Part shown: one piece after another, positions 9,197 through 19,783 of the stretch
How positions within the stretch are numbered: position 1 is the first letter of the stretch
Layout: each line of letters starts with the position of its first letter
Assembly (NCBI GenBank): GCA_030425385.1
Contig: JAUIAH010000012.1
Span: 1-64,000, forward strand
Direction: 5' to 3'
DNA length: 64,000 nt
Source: Verrucomicrobiia bacterium
GTDB taxonomy: Bacteria; Verrucomicrobiota; Verrucomicrobiia; Verrucomicrobiales; DEV007
Program-made: the position numbers and the translations under genes
Notes under the pieces: generated by a model
Seen by the model: only the letters and a program-made list of their open reading frames with translations
Database searches by the model: none
What the model was told of the DNA's origin: nothing

Positions 9197-10579
9197 ATGA
9201 AACGGACTCGCCTCTTCATCACCACCCTCTTTGCCTTCACACTTGCCACTCTCGCTGCAGACGAACCGCTGTCTCTTGTCGGCACATGGGAAGCCGTAGG
9301 TGAGCTTCCCGGAGGTGATGCCAGCGAGTCCACCATCACCATATCAACAGGCCCAGAAGGGTTTGAAGCCACCGTGTCATCGGACGACAATGAGGATCGC
9401 AAGATTGATCGTGTGAAGGCAGAAGGCAAGGAGGTCACCTTGGAATTGGACGTGGAGCGCGATGGCCAATCAGGCATCATCCGCGTCATCGCCACGCAGA
9501 CTGAAGTGGGGAAATTGTCAGGGAAATGGTATTTGATCGATTCCGAAGGCGAAGATCGCGGGAATGCCCCTTGGGAAGCGGTGAGAATTTCCGAACCGGA
9601 ACCCGCTGTCCCGACGGTGTCTATTGCTGGCAAGTGGGAGTCGATTGCCTATACGGATAATGGTCGCGAACTGCCAGCGGTGGTGGAGATTGTGGAGTCG
9701 GAGGGGAAACTCAGTGGCACCACCACGTCCGAGCGAGGCGAGACGAAATTTGATTTGGTCAAGCAGATGGGTCGTGAGGCTGAAATGGAAATGGTCTTGA
9801 AATTCGGTGACAATGAGGTGGATGTGAGGATCGAAGCCGCTCTACAGACAGACGATCACCTCGACGGCAAGTGGATCATCTTTGATCAGACGGGACAGGA
9901 GGCTGCTTCTGGGAAGTGGGAAGCGAAGCGGGTGAAAGAGGTTGTGTTAGACATTGCGGGCACGTGGGATGTCGTGGCGACGTCTGACGATGGCGATCAC
10001 ACCCATCAAGCCATCTTTGAGAAGACTGAAGATGGCTATAAGGGTGAGGCCACCTCGGATCTGGGATCGATGGCATTCACCACGGTCACGGTCGAGGGAG
10101 ACGCCCTTGCGCTTGCCATTCCCTTTGGTGAGGGAACGATCACGATTGCCGCGAAGAAGGTGGCGGACCATAAGCTTGAAGGCACCTGGCATTATCACGA
10201 TAGCGATGGCAATGAGCAGGCGAGTGATGCCTGGGAGGCTACCCGGAAGGGCGCGCCTGCAAGCGCCACGCCTGTGGGGGAGTGGGCGTTGCATGTCGCT
10301 TTAGGAGAGATGAAGCGGGACTACGGCCTGCGAGTGGAGGCAAGTGAAGACGGCTTCAAAGGAACCCTCGTCCATCCGGAACACGGTGATCTCCCTTGTG
10401 ATTCAGTGGCCTTCAAGGACGGAGCCTTGTCGATGGTTGTCACGCGAGAGATCCAGGGGAACGCCGTGGAAATTCTCTATGACGGTCAGCTGTCAGAGGA
10501 TGGCAAATGGTCTGGCAAGGTGTCGCCCAAAGGATACGAAGATCAGTTCAGCGGGACCTTCAACGCAGAGCGAAAGTAG
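9197..10579 (+). CDS. Secreted hypothetical protein built from 4-5 diverged ~90-aa repeats (GKWE/GTWE-initiated beta-rich modules)
   Basis: Signal peptide MKRTRLFITTLFAFTLATLAA. Repeated G[TK]WE...DG..G....S modules are visible in the translation. Confidence 0.5.
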   Translation: MKRTRLFITTLFAFTLATLAADEPLSLVGTWEAVGELPGGDASESTITISTGPEGFEATVSSDDNEDRKIDRVKAEGKEVTLELDVERDGQSGIIRVIATQTEVGKLSGKWYLIDSEGEDRGNAPWEAVRISEPEPAVPTVSIAGKWESIAYTDNGRELPAVVEIVESEGKLSGTTTSERGETKFDLVKQMGREAEMEMVLKFGDNEVDVRIEAALQTDDHLDGKWIIFDQTGQEAASGKWEAKRVKEVVLDIAGTWDVVATSDDGDHTHQAIFEKTEDGYKGEATSDLGSMAFTTVTVEGDALALAIPFGEGTITIAAKKVADHKLEGTWHYHDSDGNEQASDAWEATRKGAPASATPVGEWALHVALGEMKRDYGLRVEASEDGFKGTLVHPEHGDLPCDSVAFKDGALSMVVTREIQGNAVEILYDGQLSEDGKWSGKVSPKGYEDQFSGTFNAERK

Positions 10580-10643
10580 GGATATCGATGGCTCAAGGAT
10601 GCCCAACATGAAGGAGCGCCTTGAATGTTGAAAGCAATCTACC

Positions 10644-11366
10644 TCACGACGGAGCGTGACCAATGCTAGAGCCTCCGTCGACGTAGAGCGTTTGTCCGGT
10701 GATGAAACCCGATTCTTCTCCTAACAAGAAAGCGTTGATAGCGGCGAGTTCAGCGGGTGTGCCAGTGCGTTTGAGCGGAATGTTATCGATATAGCGCTGG
10801 CGACTCTCACTCCCGGGCGGGTTGTTCGTATTGAAGAGTTCGGTCTCTACTGGGCCGGGAGCGACGGCATTCACGGTGATGGCGTGGGGCGCAAGTTCCA
10901 AGGCCCAGCTACGCGTGAAGCTGATGAGTCCCGACTTGGCAGCGGCGTAACTTGTGCGGAATGGAACGCCCACCGTGACGAGTGAGGACGTTTGGACGAT
11001 GCGTCCCCAGCTCTGTGCTTTCATGTGAGGGAGCGCTGCTTGAGTGGTTTGTAAGGCTACTCGGAGGTTTAGGTCTAACACTGCGTCGAGTTGATCCAAG
11101 GTAATCTCCTCTAATGGCGCTGGATGCACCAGCCCCACATTATTGAGAATGCCATCAATACCGTGATCGCTTGTGATATCGGCGAGTGCGTCGGCGGTGG
11201 CTTGGCGGTCTGACAGATCCACGGTGATAAAGGGTCCGGGAAAGTCGCCGTTCGGCTGCGTGCGCGCCAGGCCCACGACGGTATGCCCTGCTTCACCCAG
11301 GCGTTGTGCGGTCGCGTAGCCAATGCCTTTGCTGGCTCCCGTGATCAAGTAAGTCCGTTTGGTCAT
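10644..11366 (-). CDS. Short-chain dehydrogenase/reductase (SDR) family oxidoreductase
   Basis: TGASKGIG Rossmann motif plus a YxxxK active-site region (SYAAAKSG). Start set at MTKRTYLITGAS. Confidence 0.8.
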   Translation of the reverse strand: MTKRTYLITGASKGIGYATAQRLGEAGHTVVGLARTQPNGDFPGPFITVDLSDRQATADALADITSDHGIDGILNNVGLVHPAPLEEITLDQLDAVLDLNLRVALQTTQAALPHMKAQSWGRIVQTSSLVTVGVPFRTSYAAAKSGLISFTRSWALELAPHAITVNAVAPGPVETELFNTNNPPGSESRQRYIDNIPLKRTGTPAELAAINAFLLGEESGFITGQTLYVDGGSSIGHAPS

Positions 11367-11461
11367 GACCGATGATCTGCATGGTTTGCCTGCAGATTTC
11401 AAGCAAAGCTCACCTTCTTCGTTTGACGCTGCTCCGGTTCGCTTGTTGGCTGGCCGCCTCT

Positions 11462-12448
11462 ATGAAAGTTCTAGTCACGGGCGGCGCAGGATACATCGGG
11501 AGTGTGGCGAGCGCTGAGTTGATGCGTTCGGGCCACGAGGTGGTGGTGTTTGACAATCTCTATCAAGGACACCGTGCGGCGATTCCCAAGGGGGCGGCCT
11601 TTGTCGAGGCGGAACTTGCCGATCGTGCGGCGATTGATGCTGCCATGACCACTCATAAGCCAGAAGCCATCATGCATTTCGCGGCGTACTCGCTCGTGGG
11701 TGAGTCGATGGAAAAGCCCTTTAAATATCTGGGCGAGAATGTGACGAACGCGCTCAACCTCTTGCAGAGTGCGGTAGATCATGGGGTGGGGAAATGCATC
11801 CTCTCATCTACCGCCAATTTGTTCGATGCTCCCGAACAGATGCCCATTGCCGAAAGTGAATCCATTGTTCCCGGCAGCCCTTACGGAGAATCGAAAGCCA
11901 TCATTGAACGCTTTCTGTATTGGTTAGAGAAGACTTCTTCGATGCGCTATGCCTGTTTGCGCTATTTCAATGCGGCGGGCGCCGTGCCTGGATTAGGAGA
12001 AGATCATGCGCCCGAGATGCATCTCATTCCTCTCGTCCTGCAGGTCGCCTTGGGACAACGTGAGTCGATCAAGATCTTTGGCGATGACTACGACACCCCA
12101 GATGGTACCTGTGTGAGGGACTATATCCACGTGCATGACCTCGCCCAGGCGCACATCCTCGCGCTGGAAGCGCTTGATCGTGGGAGTTGTGTCTACAATT
12201 TGGGCAATGGGCAGGGATATTCCGTCAAGGAAGTGATCGAAACAGCCCGCCAGATCACTGGGCACCCAATCCCTGCTGAGGTGACGCCACGACGCCCTGG
12301 TGATCCCGCAATCTTGGTGGGATCGAGCGCGAAGATTCGCGAGGAATTGGGTTGGAATCCCCAGTTTCCATCGCTGGAGGCCATTGTACAAACGGCGTGG
12401 GACTGGCATCGCGAACACCCACAGGGCTACGCTGATCGCGCGGGTTGA
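11462..12448 (+). CDS. galE: UDP-glucose 4-epimerase
   Basis: [17 protein letters not shown]-binding motif and YGESK catalytic motif; length ~328 aa from the internal ATG at 11462. Confidence 0.85.
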   Translation: MKVLVTGGAGYIGSVASAELMRSGHEVVVFDNLYQGHRAAIPKGAAFVEAELADRAAIDAAMTTHKPEAIMHFAAYSLVGESMEKPFKYLGENVTNALNLLQSAVDHGVGKCILSSTANLFDAPEQMPIAESESIVPGSPYGESKAIIERFLYWLEKTSSMRYACLRYFNAAGAVPGLGEDHAPEMHLIPLVLQVALGQRESIKIFGDDYDTPDGTCVRDYIHVHDLAQAHILALEALDRGSCVYNLGNGQGYSVKEVIETARQITGHPIPAEVTPRRPGDPAILVGSSAKIREELGWNPQFPSLEAIVQTAWDWHREHPQGYADRAG

Positions 12449-12503
12449 CAAGGCTCCTGCGCTGGTCACGTTGGCACTCCTGTTTCCAAACCTCTATTAC
12501 GAA

Positions 12504-13319
12504 ATGCAAACCCTATCCTTCGCTCGTTCTCTCGTCTTGGGCGCGACAGCCAGCGTGCTGATCCTTACCGTGAATGCTGAAATCGAAGCCCCTGAAGATG
12601 TCGCCAAGCCTCCTGCGGATGCCATTGCCGAGGAATCTGGTCTGAAATCGAAGGTTCTGACAGAGGGGACAGGCACGTCCAAGCCTGGACCCACCGACAA
12701 GGTGCGAGTGCATTACACGGGGTGGACGACCGACGGAAAGATGTTCGATAGTTCCGTCGAACGCGGATCTCCCTCTGAGTTTGGTCTCAACCAAGTGATC
12801 AAGGGGTGGACAGAGGGCCTTCAGCTCATGGTGGAAGGGGAGAAGCGCCGCTTCTGGATCCCTGCTGAGATGGCCTACGGTGAGAATCCTGGCGGTGGTC
12901 GTCCTGGTGGGATGCTTTGCTTCGATGTTGAACTCATCGAGAACCTCTCCAAGCCCCCAGAAGACGTTGCTGCCGTGCCGGACACTGCGACGAAAGAAGA
13001 CTCTGGCCTCGCCACGCGCGTCATTACCAAGGGCACCGGCACCACGCATCCCAGCGCGACAAGCACCGTCACCGTGCACTACAGTGGCTGGACCACGGAT
13101 GGGAAGAAATTCGACAGCTCCGTGGATCGGGGCCGCCCCGCCACATTCAAATTGAATCAAGTCATCGCCGGCTGGACAGAAGGCGTGCAACTGATGGTGG
13201 AAGGGGAGAAGCGTCGTTTCTGGATCCCGGAAGACCTCGGCTATGGCGAGAATCCCCCTGCGGGTGCTCCTGCAGGCATGCTCGTCTTCGACGTCGAGCT
13301 GCTCCGCTTCCGCGACTAG
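12504..13319 (+). CDS. FKBP-type peptidyl-prolyl cis-trans isomerase with two tandem FKBP domains, secreted
   Basis: Two copies of VxVHYTGWTTDGKxFDSS...VIxGWTEGxQLMVEGEKRRFWIP...YGE. Signal peptide after start at MQTLSFARSLVLGATASVLILTVNA. Confidence 0.8.
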   Translation: MQTLSFARSLVLGATASVLILTVNAEIEAPEDVAKPPADAIAEESGLKSKVLTEGTGTSKPGPTDKVRVHYTGWTTDGKMFDSSVERGSPSEFGLNQVIKGWTEGLQLMVEGEKRRFWIPAEMAYGENPGGGRPGGMLCFDVELIENLSKPPEDVAAVPDTATKEDSGLATRVITKGTGTTHPSATSTVTVHYSGWTTDGKKFDSSVDRGRPATFKLNQVIAGWTEGVQLMVEGEKRRFWIPEDLGYGENPPAGAPAGMLVFDVELLRFRD

Positions 13320-13337
13320 AGCTTCGGGAACTTGCTC

Positions 13338-14183
13338 TTAGACTAGCCGATACACCTTCGCGGCGTTGTCGTGGTAGAGCTTGCGTTTGGCATCTTCATC
13401 CCAGGCGTGCGTGAAGGCGGTGAGGGTCTCCCACCAGCGCTGGTAGCCACCGGCGAGGACTGACACTGGCCAATCGCTTCCATAAAGGATGCGGTCATGG
13501 CCAAAGACGTCAATTGCGTGGGCGATGTAGGGGCGCAGCTGCTCCGGCGTCCACGCATCGTGGTCCGCCTCTGTGATGATTCCCGAAAGCTTGCACCCGA
13601 TCACGTTGGGCAACTCTCCAAGCTTCTCTAGGTCTTCGCGCCATGGATCCTGCTCGTCTTTGACGATCGCTGGTTTGGCGATGTGATCGAGCACGAAGGA
13701 AGTTTCTGGACATGCCTTCACCAGCGCGATCACATCGTTGAGTTGGTGATGCTTGAGGCAGAGATCAAAGGTGAATCCAAAGTCCGGCAACATGCGCACG
13801 CCGTCGATGAATGAGGCTTGTTTGGCGAAGCCCGCAGCTTCTGACTGGATCAACCGCCGCACACCTTTCACCAGAGGGCGCTCTTTCAAAGCCGCCAGAT
13901 GGGAGCGAATCGCCGCCCCCCGTTCCATTGCTGCCTGGGCCACGATCGCCCGGATCGACAAATCACGTTCGGCAAGACCATCGACCCAATCCACCTCCTG
14001 CAGTGCCTGGTCTGCCGCGCCGCCCGCCTCCACAAAGACCTTCCCGACGATATCAATGCCCGTGCTAGCCTTCTGGTAATCCTCCGGAAGATGGGCTCCG
14101 GCGATGCGTGGAACCCCATTCAGCCATGCGTAAGAAAGTTTCGTGGGATCCCAGAAATGGACGTGCGTATCGATCACTTTCAT
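13338..14183 (-). CDS. Amidohydrolase-2 (PF04909-like) family metal-dependent hydrolase (e.g. lactonase-like)
   Basis: N-terminal MKVIDTHVHFWDP motif typical of the amidohydrolase-2 TIM-barrel family; length 281 aa. Confidence 0.65.
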   Translation of the reverse strand: MKVIDTHVHFWDPTKLSYAWLNGVPRIAGAHLPEDYQKASTGIDIVGKVFVEAGGAADQALQEVDWVDGLAERDLSIRAIVAQAAMERGAAIRSHLAALKERPLVKGVRRLIQSEAAGFAKQASFIDGVRMLPDFGFTFDLCLKHHQLNDVIALVKACPETSFVLDHIAKPAIVKDEQDPWREDLEKLGELPNVIGCKLSGIITEADHDAWTPEQLRPYIAHAIDVFGHDRILYGSDWPVSVLAGGYQRWWETLTAFTHAWDEDAKRKLYHDNAAKVYRLV

Positions 14184-14363
14184 TTCCCCATCTCACGAGA
14201 AATAGGCCATTCTGGCAAGCCCCAGGTAGGCGGTCCTAGTCTTCTTGGACATCGTCGTCATCTGGCCGTCGCTTGCCGAAATGATAACCGAACTGCTGGA
14301 ATCCCTGCTGCGATCGCCCTTGCACCCCGAGTTGGCAACAACGCTACGCTGATCAATGATCTA

Positions 14364-16106
14364 TCATTCTCCTAGGAAATCCACGTAGACAAAGTAGGCA
14401 CCCCAACTGCGCGTTTCCTCGGCGCGGGGTGGTAGCTTGAAGGCGGTCTCCATGTCGTAGTCGCCTTCGGTGAGATCCAGTTCAATCATCACGTGGTCGG
14501 CTTCAGGAGTCATCGTCTGGTGGGCGAAGGTGCTGCCAACTCTGACAGACGCACCTATCGCTCCGATGGCGGTCGGGGCTTCCCGAGGGTACCAGCGCAA
14601 TTCAAAGCGGTACTTCCCCGATTGTGCCACGGTCACGGCCCACACGCCATTCTGTCGTTGGCGTTTGAGGTGCAGTTGGTGCCAGGGCGCGCCGCCGCGA
14701 TACCAGTCCATGCCATTGAGTCGGGTCTGGGGCGCCTCAGGGGCTCCGAGAAGGTGGCGACTTAAGAGGGTGTCTGGGTGGGGCAGGCTGTGCCAGAAGG
14801 TTTCGTAGGTCGATGACAGGTTAGCGACGATGTCAGGAAAAGTTTCGGCGACATTCGTGCGTTGGCCAGGATCGGCGGCGATGTCGAAGAGCATGTTGCC
14901 TCCGATCAGACGCCAGCGCTGAGTCTTGATCGCTGCGTTTTCCCATGGCTTTCGTATCCGTCCGCGCGGGCATTGCACGATGAGCGTGCGCTCATCGTGC
15001 CATTGAGAGGTCTTGCCGCCTAACAAAGGCCGCAAGCTCCGACCATCGAGCGATGATGGACCTGGCACCCCACACAGATCAAGGATCGTCGGAGCGATAT
15101 CGACCATGCCGATCAGGGCATCGCATGCTTTCCCCGTGGTGAGGGGTGGATAGCGCATCATGCAGGTGACTTGATGTTTCTCATCCCACGCGACCGGGTG
15201 TGCAGAGCGTTTCTCCTCAAAACGTGGCGTGGCTGCTCCGCGATCATTCATGCCCTGGTCGGTGGCGAAGATAACGAGGGTGTTTTCTCGTAGGCCCAGC
15301 GCGTCGAGATGATCCATGAGGCTCCCCACATTGACATCAATGTTCTCGATCATGGAATACAGTTTCAGATCGGCTTCGCGTGCCTCGACGTCGCGTTCCC
15401 GGATGCGGCTCATGGCCACGGGTTCGGCCTCGTAAGGGGTGTGCGTGGCCGGTGTTGAAAGAAAGCAGAAGAAGGGGCCTTCGCGTTCCGCCTCTATAAA
15501 GTCCTTGGCTCTAGCAAAGAGCACATCGCTTGAGAAGCCCGTGCTCTTGGTAGGCACGCCATTGTGATCCCAGGTGGCGTTCAGGTGACGATTGCCATAG
15601 AAATCTTCGAGCTGCCCGATGCCGCCACCACCATGAACAAAGACGTCATCGAAACCGCGTTGCAGGGGATGATAGGGATACGACATGCCAAGATGCCATT
15701 TGCCAAAGATCGCTGTGGCATAGCCGATCCCTTTCAAGTAGTTTGCTAGAGTGACCTCGTCACGATGAAGGATGGAGACGCCGCCGATGGCGTTGTGAAT
15801 CCCGGAGCGCAGGGCATAACGTCCGGTGAGCAGGGCGGCACGGCTGGGAGAACAGAACGGTGGCGCGTGAGCGTTGACGAAATCCACGCACTCGGATGCC
15901 AAGGCGTCAATGTGAGGTGTTTGCAACTGGTCATGCCCATGGCAACTTAGTTCGAAGTAACTTTGATTGTCGACGAGAATGAGAAGCACGTTAGGGGGAG
16001 CAGCGGCGGTTGCTACCACGGTGCTTTTGACTAGCAGAAGTGCCAGCGTCTTCAGGCAGATCCACAACGAGAAGAGGGGAGAGAGTCGCCGATGGTAGGC
16101 TCGCAT
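14364..16106 (-). CDS. Sulfatase (formylglycine-dependent arylsulfatase family), secreted
   Basis: PPNVLLILVDNQ and the C-x-P-x-R motif CSPSRAALLTGRY; signal peptide at N-terminus. Confidence 0.85.
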   Translation of the reverse strand: MRAYHRRLSPLFSLWICLKTLALLLVKSTVVATAAAPPNVLLILVDNQSYFELSCHGHDQLQTPHIDALASECVDFVNAHAPPFCSPSRAALLTGRYALRSGIHNAIGGVSILHRDEVTLANYLKGIGYATAIFGKWHLGMSYPYHPLQRGFDDVFVHGGGGIGQLEDFYGNRHLNATWDHNGVPTKSTGFSSDVLFARAKDFIEAEREGPFFCFLSTPATHTPYEAEPVAMSRIRERDVEAREADLKLYSMIENIDVNVGSLMDHLDALGLRENTLVIFATDQGMNDRGAATPRFEEKRSAHPVAWDEKHQVTCMMRYPPLTTGKACDALIGMVDIAPTILDLCGVPGPSSLDGRSLRPLLGGKTSQWHDERTLIVQCPRGRIRKPWENAAIKTQRWRLIGGNMLFDIAADPGQRTNVAETFPDIVANLSSTYETFWHSLPHPDTLLSRHLLGAPEAPQTRLNGMDWYRGGAPWHQLHLKRQRQNGVWAVTVAQSGKYRFELRWYPREAPTAIGAIGASVRVGSTFAHQTMTPEADHVMIELDLTEGDYDMETAFKLPPRAEETRSWGAYFVYVDFLGE

Positions 16107-16145
16107 GGCAAAGGTGAAGGTGGAGGGAAGTGGCGGGTAAGGTGC

Positions 16146-16778
16146 CTAGGGATTCTGATCGGTGAGTCGGTAAAGATACCAACTGGCGACACTTCGCCAG
16201 GGCTGCCAGTGCAGTGTTTCCTCCAAGAGCTGTTTGGGCTTTGGCAGATCGGGCGATTCATGAAGGATGGCAAAGCCTTTCTGGATGCCGAGGTCAGTGG
16301 CTGGCATGATATCTGGTCTGCCAAGTCTAAAGAGGAGAAGCATCTCGACGGTCCAGCGGCCAATCCCTCGCACTTGCACCAGGCGTTCAATGATCTCGTC
16401 ATCCGCCATCTTTTCCAGTTGTTTCAGCGTGGGCACGGTGCGGTCGAGGCGATGGCGTGCGAGATCGCGGAGGGCGGCGAGCTTGTTGCGCGAGAGCCCG
16501 GCCCCACGAAGAGCCTCGTCGGGTAGATCGAGGAGCGGCTGTGGGCGAATGCGTTTGCGGGGAAAGAGCGCCTCCACCCGACCATGAATCGTGGCAGCAG
16601 CTTTGCCGGAGAGTTGCTGAAAGACGATGGCTCTTGCCAGGTACTCGAAGGGATCTCCTACGGGAGAGAGCTCAAGTTCGAAGGCGCCCAGGCGACGGAT
16701 GGCCTGACCGAGTTTCCGATCCGCTCGGCTGAGTTCTTTAATCGCCGTTTTCGGATCGTATGGAAGCGTGTTAGACAT
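16146..16778 (-). CDS. DNA-3-methyladenine glycosylase II-like (HhH-GPD superfamily)
   Basis: HhH-GPD block LVQVRGIGRWTVEMLLLFRLGRPDIMPATDLGIQKG. Start set at MSNTLPYD, 2 nt downstream of the upstream gene's stop. Confidence 0.7.
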   Translation of the reverse strand: MSNTLPYDPKTAIKELSRADRKLGQAIRRLGAFELELSPVGDPFEYLARAIVFQQLSGKAAATIHGRVEALFPRKRIRPQPLLDLPDEALRGAGLSRNKLAALRDLARHRLDRTVPTLKQLEKMADDEIIERLVQVRGIGRWTVEMLLLFRLGRPDIMPATDLGIQKGFAILHESPDLPKPKQLLEETLHWQPWRSVASWYLYRLTDQNP

Positions 16779-17676
16779 CGCAAAGAGCCACGGCGTGCCG
16801 GAGGGCGGCCACCTTATCATCCCAGGTTGGGATAAATTCCTGCGCCACGTAGCCTTCGTATCCAGTCGCGAGAATGGCACGCATGATAGGTGGGTAATGG
16901 ATCTCTTGAGTATCATCGAGTTCTCCCCGACCAGGATTGCCCGCCGTGTGGTAGTGGCCGATGATGTCCTGCAGCTCACGAAGGCGGCGGATGACATCCC
17001 CGTGCATGACTTGCACGTGATAGATGTCAAAGAGGAGTTTCATGTTAGGCGAATCCACCCGCTTGATCAGATCTGCGCACAAATCGATGTCGTCTCCGAA
17101 GTATCCTGGGTGCCCTTTCATCGGATGGCTGTCGTCGCGCGAATTGAGATGCTCCAGACACAAGCGCACGCCTTTCTTCTCTGCGTGGCCCATGACCGAT
17201 TTCCAAAGGTCGACGCAATTCTTGGCTCCTTGTTCTGGTGATATGCCGGGCTCGGCCATGCCCGTGAAGGTGATGACGTTGGGCGAGCCAACTTTGGCCG
17301 CGAGGTCGATGCTGCCGAGGAGTTTCTCTTTGCACGCGGCGTGGTTCGCTGTGGTGATGGGGCCATTGGCGAACCCATGACTGCCAACGATGGCAATCTT
17401 CAGACCCAACTCCATCACGTCGGGATAACTGTCAGCGCTGATGCCTTCGATTGCTGGCATGCCAAGGGCTCGGCACACCTTGGCTAGCTGCACAGGGGAC
17501 ATCGGCTTGAAGCACCATCCCATAACGCTTTGCTTGATCCGGCCTTTGGTCACCGCGCGCTCTGGCAATGTCAGGGAGGTGTCAGGCTCTTCGTCGGCAC
17601 GAAGAAAGGACGGCAGTGCGGACGCGGCAACGCTGAGAGCGCCTGTACGGAGAAGTTGTCGGCGAGATAGGGACAT
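16771..17676 (-). CDS. Sugar phosphate isomerase/epimerase (xylose isomerase-like TIM barrel) with Tat signal
   Basis: Tat motif MSLSRRQLLRTGALSVAASALP and length/composition typical of AP-endonuclease-2/xylose-isomerase-like TIM barrel proteins. Confidence 0.6.
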   Translation of the reverse strand: MSLSRRQLLRTGALSVAASALPSFLRADEEPDTSLTLPERAVTKGRIKQSVMGWCFKPMSPVQLAKVCRALGMPAIEGISADSYPDVMELGLKIAIVGSHGFANGPITTANHAACKEKLLGSIDLAAKVGSPNVITFTGMAEPGISPEQGAKNCVDLWKSVMGHAEKKGVRLCLEHLNSRDDSHPMKGHPGYFGDDIDLCADLIKRVDSPNMKLLFDIYHVQVMHGDVIRRLRELQDIIGHYHTAGNPGRGELDDTQEIHYPPIMRAILATGYEGYVAQEFIPTWDDKVAALRHAVALCDV

Positions 17677-17772
17677 GCGTCATGCTCAGGATGTCCCAGG
17701 AAAAGGTCAAGACGAAGTCCGTGGGTCAGCCGATCAATCATCACGCTTCAATCAACGTGGAGAGCCCGGCGC

Positions 17773-18642
17773 CTAGCGTTTGGCGTCAGCTTTGAGAGGG
17801 CGTCGTTCTGCAAGTGTGGCGCGGACACTGCCGATGAAGACTTCACTCCGAATCTCCAGGGGCATGCGGTAAGCGTCTTCTGAGATCCAGAGCGTGGCTT
17901 TCTTAAACTTGTCATGACGTTCGAGCTCTAGCGTGTCGCGATCAATCTTGTGCAGCTTGACGTCCAATCGGATCGCCTTCTGGTTCCCCAAAGAAGTTTT
18001 GAAGTTCTCCCGACCCACAACGTGGAATTGCGCGAAGTAGGCAGACTTGGCTGGGTGCACGACGAGGGAGATCGTGTCTCCATTATTCAGGGGAAGGCTC
18101 CGCAGGTAGAGTGTGGACGACAACAGGTCGTGGGTGCGATCGTAGGCAAAGGTGCGATCACGAACCTTGTCCTTCTTACCCACGCGGGTCACCGTCTGGC
18201 GGCTTTTAACCTTTCCGTTAGCGAATCGAGCCACCGTAACCGTGCGTTCTTTCTTCTCCAATTCCGTCCATTGGAACCCCACGGGCCGGAGTGAACGAAG
18301 ATCGACCTGAGAGTCGAGCCGGTTCCGATAGAACCACATGTTCTTGGCTAGGCCCGCACTGCGTCCCTCACAAACACCCCAAACCGTGTTCGGTGCCTTG
18401 GCGTCGCGCATCCCAAGCTTGAGCTTGGCTTCACCCGCCTTGACCAGGCCATTCCAACTCATGTGATAGACGAGTTCGCAGGGAGGAATCTGGGCAAATT
18501 TGCCAGGACGGGCCTTGGTGACGGCCTTCATCCACGTGGGAGCGGCCTTCTGAGAGGAATTCTTGGCGATCCCCGTGCCGAAGCAAAGCGTAAGCACCAG
18601 CACAAGACTGGCGAGGATCCTGAACGATCGCGTAGTGTTCAT
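17773..18642 (-). CDS. Secreted hypothetical protein (possibly DUF3108-like beta-barrel)
   Basis: Signal peptide MNTTRSFRILASLVLVLTLCFG; no catalytic motifs recognised. Confidence 0.45.
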   Translation of the reverse strand: MNTTRSFRILASLVLVLTLCFGTGIAKNSSQKAAPTWMKAVTKARPGKFAQIPPCELVYHMSWNGLVKAGEAKLKLGMRDAKAPNTVWGVCEGRSAGLAKNMWFYRNRLDSQVDLRSLRPVGFQWTELEKKERTVTVARFANGKVKSRQTVTRVGKKDKVRDRTFAYDRTHDLLSSTLYLRSLPLNNGDTISLVVHPAKSAYFAQFHVVGRENFKTSLGNQKAIRLDVKLHKIDRDTLELERHDKFKKATLWISEDAYRMPLEIRSEVFIGSVRATLAERRPLKADAKR

Positions 18643-18877
18643 GGCAACGAATGAGACGCACTGGTCGCCCCTATTATTCAGGGAAACGCGGGGGGACGCA
18701 AAGGGATTGTTCCGTCGCCGAATCCCTTGGGATTCTCCCTCGGAAGGCATTCTGAAGCATCGTCACTGGTTTCTCGCCCATTCGCTGCCTGCTACCAATG
18801 AGCGGGCTGCGGCTCCCGGGCGAATGAGACTTCGTCAGACTATTGCGCATTGAGCGAGCAGATGGCACCCTCCTCGC

Positions 18878-19702
18878 ATGCGTATTGCCGAATTCATCGC
18901 TTTGATCCGTGAAGGAGATTTGGAGAAAGTCCAGGCGGCCGCGGCGGCGAACCCGGATCTCGTGCATACGCGTGACCCGTCAGGCGATGAACCGGAAATG
19001 ACCGCGTTGCATGGCGCGGCGCGCCACCTGCATTTGGACATCTGCAGGTTTCTGGTCGATCAGGGCGCGGAAGTGTATTCGCATCCTACCGCGACTTACC
19101 CGCCAGTCTTCTGGGCGTTCTATAGTCAAGGAGAGGATTCTGACAAACAAGCGGTCGTCGACTATTTCCTCAAAGAGATCCCAGAGAAAGCCTTTGGCAC
19201 CGCGGGTTTCGGCCTCACTATCAATCTGGCAGCTCGGATGGGGTGTACGGACATTGTCAGGAAACATCTAGAACGTGATCCATTGGCCATCTATTGCCGT
19301 GGTTGGATCGGCGATACTCCACTGCATTGGTCCTCACACAATGGTCATGTAGAGATCGTCCAGTTGCTCCTTGATGCAGGCGCGGATGTCGAGGCGGATG
19401 AGATTAACTGTTACGGTGGCAAGCCACTTCATTGGGCAAGCGAGTGTCGGCCGGAAGTCGTTAAGATATTGTTAGATCATGGAGCGAAGGTGGATGCTCT
19501 CAATGTGAAGCAGGGAAGTAGTTACTACGGGATCACACCCCTGGGCATGAATGTCTCAATGACAGATGATTGCGCCGAAGTGACGCAAATACTCATCGAG
19601 GCGGGAGCAGACACGGCGACGACGGTTGATGGGAAAACGTTGATCGAGATCGCCGAGACTCATGGGAACAAGAAGATCTTGAACGTGTTGAAGCAGGCGT
19701 AG
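18878..19702 (+). CDS. Ankyrin repeat protein
   Basis: Several 33-aa ankyrin units, e.g. TALHGAARHLHLDICRFLVDQGAEV and TPLHWSSHNGHVEIVQLLLDAGADV. Confidence 0.8.
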   Translation: MRIAEFIALIREGDLEKVQAAAAANPDLVHTRDPSGDEPEMTALHGAARHLHLDICRFLVDQGAEVYSHPTATYPPVFWAFYSQGEDSDKQAVVDYFLKEIPEKAFGTAGFGLTINLAARMGCTDIVRKHLERDPLAIYCRGWIGDTPLHWSSHNGHVEIVQLLLDAGADVEADEINCYGGKPLHWASECRPEVVKILLDHGAKVDALNVKQGSSYYGITPLGMNVSMTDDCAEVTQILIEAGADTATTVDGKTLIEIAETHGNKKILNVLKQA

Positions 19703-19783
19703 CCCCTCACCGGCATGGAGGCGTACTAGGAGTGCCGGAACAGCAACCTCACATTCTGGCAAAACCGCAGACGATTGGTTAGG

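Noticed and set aside
16092-16835. Several 80-150 aa plus-strand ORFs overlapping the alkA-like gene
   Set aside because: They are antisense to a glycosylase gene with clear HhH-GPD motifs. Arg/Gly-rich translations; frame artefacts.
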